The translations under genes were made by a program, and so were the position numbers. Shown one piece after another: positions 57,070 through 64,000 of a stretch of 64,000 bases of DNA. Position 1 is the stretch's first letter. The number at the start of each line of letters is the position of its first letter. The notes under the pieces were generated by a model, which saw only the letters and a program-made list of their open reading frames with translations, had not been told where the DNA came from and searched no databases. Origin of the DNA: Pseudomonadota bacterium (GTDB taxonomy: Archaea > Thermoplasmatota > SW-10-69-26 > JACQPN01 > JAJPHT01); contig JAJPHT010000014.1 in NCBI GenBank assembly GCA_021325135.1, positions 1-64,000 on the forward strand, written 5' to 3'.

Positions 57070-58464
57070 ATGCGTTGGGCGGCCCTCGTCCTCGCCCTGC
57101 TCTCCGCGGGGTGCGCGGCCTCCACGGTGCAGCCCGCCCTGCCCGCGGGCGAGCCCCAGGCGGCGGTCCCCTTCGCGGGCGAGCCCCTGGTGCAGGACCA
57201 CGACCACAACGACCCCTCGCTGCACAACGCGTCGCTGAACCTGCGGCTCCTCTCCCGCGTCATCCCCTACGGCAACGGCACCGCGTGGGGGCAGGGCTCC
57301 ATCAACGAGATCGCGTTCAGCGGCAACCTCATCTTCGTCTCGCGCAGCAACCCCGAGGGGGGCTTCGCCGTCGTGGACGCCACCGACCTGCGCCACCCGC
57401 AGGTGATCGGCGACTTCCACGCCGAGGGCGGGGCGGACATCGAGGTCACCAGCGACGGCGCCTACGCGCTCCTCATGACGCAGCGCACGACGCCCGGGGC
57501 GCAGACGCTGGACAGCCCCGCCACGCGCGAGGTGCGCGGCATCGACGTGGTGGACGTGCGCGACCCGGCGCACCCCTCGCTATCCAGCTTCCTGCCGCTC
57601 CCCACCAACGGCCCGCACACCGCGAGCTACCGCCTGCTCCCCGACGGGCGCGAGGTCGTCGCCATCGAGACCTACGACCTCGTGACCGACCCCACCACGG
57701 GCGCCATCGCGGGCGCGAGCCCCGCCACGCAGCGCGTCTACCTCGCGCTCCTCGCGCGCGACTCCCTGGGCGCGCACCTGCAAATCCAGGGCGTCTACCA
57801 GGTGACGGACCCCGCGCCGCCGGGGAAGCTCTACTTCCCGCACGACTCCTTCATCGAGCCCCAGAAGGACGGCCGCGTGCTGATGTACGTCGCCTACTGG
57901 GACGCGGGCGTGCGCATCGTTGATATCACCGACCTCTCGCAGCCCAAGGAGATCGCGAGCTATCGCGACTTCGCGCCCAGCGCGCTGGCCCAGATGCACG
58001 ACGTGAGGACGTTCCCCGCGCCCGTCGCCGGCAAGCACGTCCTGGCCGCGGCGCCCGAGATCATCACCGCCCCCGAGACGGGGCAGGTCACCTTCGTCGA
58101 CGTCACCGACCCCGCGAAGCCGACGAAGCTGGGCCGCTGGGGCATCCCCGGCAACCTCACCGTGGACAAACCCTACGACTTCAGCCCCCACGTGTTCGAC
58201 ACCGACGCGCGGGGCCGCCTCGTCATCGGCCACTACCACGCGGGCGTCTGGCTCGTGGACGCCAGCGATCCCACGGACCCCGTCACGCTGGGCTTCTACC
58301 TGCCCCACGAGACGCGCCCCGGCTTCACCGGCATGGTGCCCGACGTGTGGGCGGCCAAGTTCTTCCACGGCCACGTCGTCGCCAGCGACCAGGGCACGGG
58401 CCTCTACATCCTCGAAGCGGCGCCGGGCCTCCTCGACCCGCTGCCGCCGGGCGTGATCCCCTGA
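57070..58464 (+). CDS. LVIVD-repeat lipoprotein
   Basis: Lipobox SAGC; VVDVRDP, YWDAGVRIVDITD, YHAGVWLVDASDP. Confidence 0.88.
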   Translation: MRWAALVLALLSAGCAASTVQPALPAGEPQAAVPFAGEPLVQDHDHNDPSLHNASLNLRLLSRVIPYGNGTAWGQGSINEIAFSGNLIFVSRSNPEGGFAVVDATDLRHPQVIGDFHAEGGADIEVTSDGAYALLMTQRTTPGAQTLDSPATREVRGIDVVDVRDPAHPSLSSFLPLPTNGPHTASYRLLPDGREVVAIETYDLVTDPTTGAIAGASPATQRVYLALLARDSLGAHLQIQGVYQVTDPAPPGKLYFPHDSFIEPQKDGRVLMYVAYWDAGVRIVDITDLSQPKEIASYRDFAPSALAQMHDVRTFPAPVAGKHVLAAAPEIITAPETGQVTFVDVTDPAKPTKLGRWGIPGNLTVDKPYDFSPHVFDTDARGRLVIGHYHAGVWLVDASDPTDPVTLGFYLPHETRPGFTGMVPDVWAAKFFHGHVVASDQGTGLYILEAAPGLLDPLPPGVIP

Positions 58465-59387
58465 CGCGCCTCCAGGGCCCCGTCGACCTCGCCGCGACGC
58501 TCCAGGGCGGGCAGGCCTTCCGCTGGACGCGCGAGGAGGACGGCGCCTTCGTGGGCGTCGTGGGTCGGCGCGTCGTGCGCTATCAGTCCGCGGGCGCGGG
58601 CGTCGAGGCGGAGGCCTTCCCCCGCGCCACGCCGCGCTGGCACGCCCGCTACCTGGGCGCGACGCCCGAGGACGACGCCGCGCGCGGGCGGCTGCGCGCC
58701 GACCCCGTGCTGGCCCCCGCCCTCGCCGCGCACGAGGGGCTTCGCATCCTGCGCCAGGAGCCGTGGGAGACGACGGCCGCGTTCCTCGTGAGCGCCAACA
58801 ACAACGTCCTGCGCATCGAGGGCATCCTCCGCGCCCTCGCGCGCCGCGGCGACGCGCTGGGCTCGCCGTGGGGCGAGCGCCACGCCTTCCCCGACGCCGC
58901 GACGGTCGCGCGCCTTCCGGAGTCCCGCCTGCGCGCGCTGGGGCTGGGCTACCGCGCGCCCTTCCTGCGCGCGACGGCGCGCCTCGTCGCGTCGGGCGAC
59001 GTGGACCTCGATTCCCTCGTGGGCGCGCCGCTGCCCGAGGTCCGCGAGGCGCTGCTCGCGCTGCCGGGCGTCGGGCCCAAGGTCGCGGACTGCATCGCCC
59101 TCTTCGCGCTGGAGGCCGGCGGCGCGTTCCCGGTGGACCGCTGGGTGCTGCGCGCCGTGTCCGAGGCGTTCTTCGCAGGCCGCGAGGTGAAGCCCCGCGA
59201 GGCGGAGGCGTTCGCCCGCGCGCGCTGGGGCGACGACGCGGGCCTCGCGCAGCAGTTCCTCTTCCACGCCGTGCGGACGAGGGCGAACGCGCCCGGCGCC
59301 CGGAGGCTTTCTGCGACGCAGAACGACCACCAAGGCCAAGAGCGGGTCGCGCGATCGGCCCCTTCGTGGACCCGTTCATCGCCGTGA
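58461..59387 (+). CDS. OGG1-like HhH-GPD DNA glycosylase (start uncertain)
   Basis: GQAFRW, GLRILRQEPWE, SANNN, GLGYRA, LPGVGPKVADC, FPVD, AQQFLF. Confidence 0.88.
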   Translation: MTRLQGPVDLAATLQGGQAFRWTREEDGAFVGVVGRRVVRYQSAGAGVEAEAFPRATPRWHARYLGATPEDDAARGRLRADPVLAPALAAHEGLRILRQEPWETTAAFLVSANNNVLRIEGILRALARRGDALGSPWGERHAFPDAATVARLPESRLRALGLGYRAPFLRATARLVASGDVDLDSLVGAPLPEVREALLALPGVGPKVADCIALFALEAGGAFPVDRWVLRAVSEAFFAGREVKPREAEAFARARWGDDAGLAQQFLFHAVRTRANAPGARRLSATQNDHQGQERVARSAPSWTRSSP

Positions 59388-59794
59388 GCGTCGGGCTCGT
59401 CCTCGCGGTGCTCGCGCTCGTCGTCACCGTGCGCATCTACAACGACCGTCTGGATCGTCTCCGCGAGGAGCTTCGCAGCGTCGCGTCCTCGCGCCAGTCC
59501 CTCGCCGCGTCCCACGACCGCCTCACGGCCCAGTGGGCGCCGCTCCTCTCGCGCTATCCCTACGACCCGCGCCGCTTCCGCTTCGTGGGCTCTCCCGTGG
59601 ACGGCGTGCAGTTCGAGGAGGACCGCGTCGTCTTCGTGGAGTTCACGGAGGGCGTCGACCTCGGCCCCGAGCAGCAGCGCGTGCGCGACCTCGTGCGCGC
59701 GGGCCGCGTCGAGTGGCTGGAGGTCCCGCTGGAGGCGCCGCCGACCCCCGAGCCCGCGCCGCCCGCGACGGACCCGTGGTCGCACACGCCCTGA
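59366..59794 (+). CDS. TM-anchored Holliday junction resolvase-like protein (COG4741-like)
   Basis: N-terminal TM and coiled coil; FRFVGSPVDGVQF..VVFVEF, QQRVRDLV..GRVEW. Confidence 0.75.
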   Translation: MDPFIAVSVGLVLAVLALVVTVRIYNDRLDRLREELRSVASSRQSLAASHDRLTAQWAPLLSRYPYDPRRFRFVGSPVDGVQFEEDRVVFVEFTEGVDLGPEQQRVRDLVRAGRVEWLEVPLEAPPTPEPAPPATDPWSHTP

Positions 59795-60343
59795 TCAGGC
59801 GCCCTGCTGCGCGCGCCGCTTCGCCAGCTCGCTCGCGAGGGTCCTGCGCTCCGCGGGCGCGCCCTTGGGCTGCACCACCAGCGCGAGCACGTCCTCCGGC
59901 CCCTGCGCCCACACGCGCAGCGGCTCGCCCGCGGGCGCGAACCCCCAGTGGCCAGGCTCGACGCGGAGCGCGTCCCCGTTCTGCGCGAAGAGGAGGCCGT
60001 GCCCGCGCAGCACGAGGATCACGCGCTCGCTCTCGGGGCCCGTGTCCAGCCTTCGTCCTCCTGCGATGGAGAGCGCCGCCGCCAGCGTCGTCGCGCTCTC
60101 GTGGAGCGGCCGGAACGCGTTCCCGCGCAGCAGCGGATCGACCACGACCTCGCGCCCATCGCCGGGCGCCGCGCGGCTCGCGTAGGCGAAGCGCGTCGCG
60201 TCGGGCAGCGGCATCACGATCTCGCACCCCTGCGGCGCGGCGCCGCCTGCGGGCAGGTGATAGCAAAGCGCGGCGGGCGTCCCGAAGGCGGGCGCCGTCG
60301 CGTCGGGCGGGGGCAGCGGGCGCGCGGCGGGGAGCGTCTCCAC
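59795..60343 (-). CDS. Cupin-fold protein
   Basis: ERVILVLRGHG..VEPG...FAPAGE. Confidence 0.55.
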   Translation of the reverse strand: METLPAARPLPPPDATAPAFGTPAALCYHLPAGGAAPQGCEIVMPLPDATRFAYASRAAPGDGREVVVDPLLRGNAFRPLHESATTLAAALSIAGGRRLDTGPESERVILVLRGHGLLFAQNGDALRVEPGHWGFAPAGEPLRVWAQGPEDVLALVVQPKGAPAERRTLASELAKRRAQQGA

Positions 60344-60403
60344 GGCGGGGGCAGCCCCGGCGCGGGCCTAAGGGCTTTTCCCCTGGGCGCGGCTCCAGCC
60401 TCG

Positions 60404-60862
60404 ATGAACCCCGAGGAGAACCTCGCCAAGCTCGGCCTCGCCCTGCCCGCGCCCGGCAAGCCCGTCGCCGCCTACGTGCCCACCGTCCGCACGGGGAGCC
60501 TCGTCTACGTCGCGGGGCAGCTCCCCTTCGTCGAGGGCAAGCTCCCCAAGACGGGGCGCCTGGGGGAGAACGTCAGCATCGAGGAGGGGCAGATGTTCGC
60601 GCGCCAGTGCGTGCTCAACGGCCTCGCGGTTCTCAAGGCCGAGATCGGCGACCTGCGCAAGGTCAAGCGCGTCGTGCGCGTGGGGGCCTTCGTCGCGTGC
60701 GCCGACACCTTCGCGGACCAGCCCAAGGTCGCCAACGGCGGCAGCGAGCTTCTTCAGCAGGTCTTCGGAGAGAAGGGGCGCCACGCGCGCGCCGCCGTGG
60801 GGACCAACGCGCTGCCGCTGGGCGCGCCCGTCGAGATCGAGTTCCTCTTCGAGGTGGAATAA
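60404..60862 (+). CDS. RidA/YjgF family protein
   Basis: AAYVP, YVAGQLP, VANGGSEL, GRHARAAVG..LPLGAPVEIE. Confidence 0.93.
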   Translation: MNPEENLAKLGLALPAPGKPVAAYVPTVRTGSLVYVAGQLPFVEGKLPKTGRLGENVSIEEGQMFARQCVLNGLAVLKAEIGDLRKVKRVVRVGAFVACADTFADQPKVANGGSELLQQVFGEKGRHARAAVGTNALPLGAPVEIEFLFEVE

Positions 60863-60863
60863 G

Positions 60864-61268
60864 TCAGACCGCCGCGCCGCAGCGGTCGCAGAACTGCGCG
60901 CCGGGGCGCGCGACGCGGCCGCACGCGGCGCACGCGGGGCCCGAGCCCTGCGGCCGCGCGTCCTCGGTCCACCCCTCGCGGGCGGCGCGCGCCGAGACCT
61001 CCAACGCGGGGGCCGTCTCGCGGGCGACGTAGCGCGAGGCCGGACCCAGGTAGGCCCACCACGTGGCCTGGAAGCCGCCGCCGAGCAGCAGGATGCCGAG
61101 GAAGATCGCGGGAGTGACCCCGAAGGCCGGGTCGTTGGTGAGAACCGGCGCAGGCTCCGTGGCCGCCTGCACAAACCGCACGAGCACGTAGCCGAAGCAC
61201 AGGACGCCCAGCGCCAGCAGGACGGGGCCAACCACGCGGAGGACGCGAGCCCCCTGGGGGGATGCCAT
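60864..61268 (-). CDS. 2-TM protein with C-terminal zinc ribbon
   Basis: CAACG..AQFCDRCG. Confidence 0.7.
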   Translation of the reverse strand: MASPQGARVLRVVGPVLLALGVLCFGYVLVRFVQAATEPAPVLTNDPAFGVTPAIFLGILLLGGGFQATWWAYLGPASRYVARETAPALEVSARAAREGWTEDARPQGSGPACAACGRVARPGAQFCDRCGAAV

Positions 61269-61376
61269 CGGCCAGGCAAGCCCCGGACGTAACAAGAAGG
61301 TGCGCACGCCCGATGGGGCCGGCCCCCGCCCGTCCTCACAGCCTTTATCTGCCTCTCCTGTGGTCGCGCCGCGACG

Positions 61377-62192
61377 ATGGCCGCGACGCAGCAGGCTCCC
61401 GCCCGGGAGCCGGACCGGGAGATGCGCGCCTACATGGCGATCACGCGCAGGCTCCCCAAGGTGTTCGGCGTCGGCGCGTTCGCCAACGTGCTCAAGCGCC
61501 TCTACGCGCGCAAGCCGCGGGCGCCCGTCGTGTGCGAGGTCCACGGCGCGCGGATGCTCCTCGACCCCAACGACGAGTTGGACCGCGAGCTGATCTTCAC
61601 GCCGCAGCTCTACGACCGCGAGATGCTGGACTTCCTGCGCGCGGCGCTGAAGCCGGGCGACGCGTTCCTCGACGCGGGCGCGCACGTGGGGGGCTTCACC
61701 GTCGTGGCCGCGCCCCTCGTGGCGCCGGGCCGCGTGCTGGCCGTGGACGCGGACCCGCACGTCTTCTCCATCCTCCGGCGGAACGTCGAGATGAACAAGC
61801 TCTCCAACGTCGCGCTGGCGAACGTCGGGCTCTCGGACAAGCGCGAGCGGCTGAGGTTCCACCGCGGCGACGAGGGGCTGCGCGGCGTCTCGAACTTCAT
61901 CGACGGCACCGGCGAGAGCGAGCTGGACCTCAAGCCCCTGGCGGAGGTCGCGGCGGAGCACGGCTTCGAGAGCTTCGCGGGCGTGAAGATCGACATCGAG
62001 GGGTTCGAGTTCCGCGTGCTGAGGCGCTACCTGGAGGACGTGCCGCGGGAGTGCTGGCCCCGCTTCTTCATCGTCGAGCGCCTGCCGCACCTCGTCGAGA
62101 GGGCGGGCGGCGACGTCGTCGAGCTTCTCCGGTCAAAAGGGTACGAGGTCCGCTGGAGCCGGGCGGCGGACCACGTCATGGCGCTGCCCTGA
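61377..62192 (+). CDS. FkbM family methyltransferase
   Basis: FLDAGAHVG, VGLSD, VKIDIEGFE. Confidence 0.9.
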   Translation: MAATQQAPAREPDREMRAYMAITRRLPKVFGVGAFANVLKRLYARKPRAPVVCEVHGARMLLDPNDELDRELIFTPQLYDREMLDFLRAALKPGDAFLDAGAHVGGFTVVAAPLVAPGRVLAVDADPHVFSILRRNVEMNKLSNVALANVGLSDKRERLRFHRGDEGLRGVSNFIDGTGESELDLKPLAEVAAEHGFESFAGVKIDIEGFEFRVLRRYLEDVPRECWPRFFIVERLPHLVERAGGDVVELLRSKGYEVRWSRAADHVMALP

Positions 62193-62292
62193 GCGCCTCC
62201 GGACCCCGGGGGCGACGGGAGCGCGCCTCAGCCTCCGAGCGCGCGGCCCGGGCCCCCGGGGCGGAGGGCCTCCGATGGCAACACCTTCAGCG

Positions 62293-62475
62293 TCAGTTGA
62301 GCGCGGCCTCCACGTGGGCCACGACGCCCAGGCTGGCCACGCGGGCGCGAAGCTCGTCCCGGCACGCGAGGCACGGGGGCGACGCGCCGCCGCAGAGCGG
62401 GCAGCCGGACACGCTGCCGATCTCGCCGGAGCGCGGCCCGCGCCGCAGGAGCGAGAAGGAGGCGAGCGCCCTCAA
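62293..62475 (-). CDS. CPxCG-type zinc-finger microprotein (60 aa)
   Basis: CPLCG..PCLAC; TTG start overlaps upstream TGA. Confidence 0.5.
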   Translation of the reverse strand: MRALASFSLLRRGPRSGEIGSVSGCPLCGGASPPCLACRDELRARVASLGVVAHVEAALN

Positions 62476-62600
62476 GCCCGCACCCCCGAGGCCGCGCGGG
62501 CGCACAGGTTGCACAGGGCGCCGCTCCCCCCGAGGCCGGGGCAGAAGGGGCAGGAGGTCCGGGCCGCCGCGCGGGGGAGGAAGGGGTTGTGGAACGTCAT
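62472..62600 (-). CDS. Zinc-finger microprotein (42 aa), absent from the ORF track
   Basis: Manual translation MTFHNPFLPRAAARTSCPFCPGLGGSGALCNLCARAASGVRA. Confidence 0.5.
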   Translation of the reverse strand: MTFHNPFLPRAAARTSCPFCPGLGGSGALCNLCARAASGVRA

Positions 62601-62786
62601 CGAGGACGGACCACGGGGGGAGGGGGTATAGCCTGGGTTGAACCCCCTTGGACGATGTCCGCGACCGTTTCGCGAGAGCGTATTCTCTCGTGGAACTGCG
62701 AGGGCGGGGGGCCCTTCCAGCCGCAGGCGGGCGAGGTGGTCCCCGCAGACATCGGCTTCTTATCGGGGAACCCGATTGGCAGCGCC

Positions 62787-63944
62787 ATGGAGTTCGCCAT
62801 CACCGAGGAGCAGAAGCTGCTCCGCCAGACGGTGCAGGAGTTCGTCGCCAAGGAGATCAGCCCCCACGTGGAGGCGTGGGAGGAGAAGGGCGACGTGCCG
62901 GACTCGGTCTTCCGCAAGCTGGGCGAGATCGGCCTCCTGGGCGCGCCCATCCCCGTGGAGTACGGCGGCGCGGGGCTCGACGCGGTCACCTACGCGATGC
63001 TCACCGAGGAGCTTGCCAAGGGGTGCTCCTCCCTGCGGACGACCATCAGCGTCAACACCTCCCTCTTCGGGATGAACGTCCTCCTCTTCGGCAGCGAGGC
63101 GCAGAAGAGGTTCTATCTGCCCAAGATCAGCAGCGGCGAGAAGCGCGGCGCGTGGGCCCTCACCGAGCCCCAGAGCGGCAGCGACGCCGCGGGCCTGCGC
63201 ACCACCGCGCGCAGGAAGGGGGACCACTGGGTCCTCAACGGCCACAAGATGTGGATCAGCGACGGGGGCAAGGCGGACTACCACGTCGTCTACGCGCGCA
63301 CCGACGAGTTCGATCCCAGGACGAAGCGCAACCACATCGCGACGTTCGTCGTCCACAAGGACGACCCCGGGTTCAAGGTGGGCAGCGTCGAGAGCAAGAC
63401 GAAGCTGGGCCTGCGCGCGAGCCCCACGGCGGAGCTTCTCTACGAGGACTGCACGATCCCCGCGGACCGCATGCTCGGCAAGCCCGACTCGGGCTGGGAG
63501 CAGGCGAACAAGATCCTCAACGGCGGCCGCCTCAGCGTCGCCGCGGGCGCGGTGGGCATCGCGCAGGCCGCGCTGGACGCCGGCATCGCCTACGTGAAGA
63601 GCCGCGAGGCGTTCGGCAAGAAGATCGGCGAGTTCCAGCTGGTCAAGGAGCACGTCGCGTACATGACGCTGGAGGTGGAGACGATGCGTCTCCTCGTCTA
63701 CAAGGCGGCGTGGATGAAGGACCAGGGGCTGGACAACCGCCTCGCGGTCTCCCTGGCCAAGCTCCACGCCGGCGAGGCGTGCACGCGCGTCACCGAGCGC
63801 GCCGTGCAGCTTCACGGCGGTAACGGCTTCTCGGGCGAGTACCCCGTGGAGCGCTACTGGCGCGACTCCAAGATCATCGGCATCTACGAGGGGACCAACG
63901 AGATCCAAAAAATCATCGTCGCGGGAGAAGTGCTCGATCGCTGA
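62787..63944 (+). CDS. Acyl-CoA dehydrogenase
   Basis: LTEPQSGSD, NGHKMWIS, KLGLRAS, REAFGKKI, QLHGGNGF, IYEGTNEIQ. Confidence 0.95.
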   Translation: MEFAITEEQKLLRQTVQEFVAKEISPHVEAWEEKGDVPDSVFRKLGEIGLLGAPIPVEYGGAGLDAVTYAMLTEELAKGCSSLRTTISVNTSLFGMNVLLFGSEAQKRFYLPKISSGEKRGAWALTEPQSGSDAAGLRTTARRKGDHWVLNGHKMWISDGGKADYHVVYARTDEFDPRTKRNHIATFVVHKDDPGFKVGSVESKTKLGLRASPTAELLYEDCTIPADRMLGKPDSGWEQANKILNGGRLSVAAGAVGIAQAALDAGIAYVKSREAFGKKIGEFQLVKEHVAYMTLEVETMRLLVYKAAWMKDQGLDNRLAVSLAKLHAGEACTRVTERAVQLHGGNGFSGEYPVERYWRDSKIIGIYEGTNEIQKIIVAGEVLDR

Positions 63945-63973
63945 GGCGATCTCGCACTTCTCCCGTCGACGGG

Positions 63974-63994
63974 CTCAGCCGCTTCGCGGCTGAG
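63974..63994 (+). terminator. Hairpin downstream of the acyl-CoA dehydrogenase
   Basis: CTCAGCCGC-TTC-GCGGCTGAG 9-bp stem; function inferred only. Confidence 0.3.
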
Positions 63995-64000
63995 GTACTG

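Overview
High-GC archaeal chromosomal segment. Archaeal markers: class I LysRS, archaeal-type CCA-adding enzyme next to ThpR, archaellum FlaJ/ArlJ, TrmB, an EarA-like wHTH, and TATA-like AT patches about 25-30 nt before many starts. Gene content suggests a Thermoplasmatota-like lineage (inference, no database search run). Most long ORFs in the supplied track are GC-driven shadow frames; about 70 real genes were picked by motif and codon logic. Housekeeping and metabolism: HAD hydrolases, an MVD-family decarboxylase, NucS, LysS, tRNA-His, three acyl-CoA dehydrogenases, biotin carboxylase plus carrier, cation antiporters, an OGG1-like glycosylase and RidA. These are mixed with many secreted or membrane-anchored orphan proteins. 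Most notable: (1) a 713-bp cassette bounded by 37-bp inverted repeats, holding a nested palindrome with four GTCACGTGAC boxes and an EarA-like wHTH gene, inside an exosortase/EpsI/CPBP/PGF-pre-PGF surface locus; (2) a CCA-adding enzyme fused to a multi-pass PAP2-like domain with a His-to-Gln change; (3) a TrmB gene and a convergent DUF3419/BtaA-like operon sharing a TACT-N8-GAGTGAAA site; (4) a structured spacer between tRNA-His and a duplicate of its 3' end; (5) a two-unit surface polyprotein with an internal signal peptide; (6) a 167-bp MITE/REP-like element; (7) two uncalled zinc-finger microproteins.
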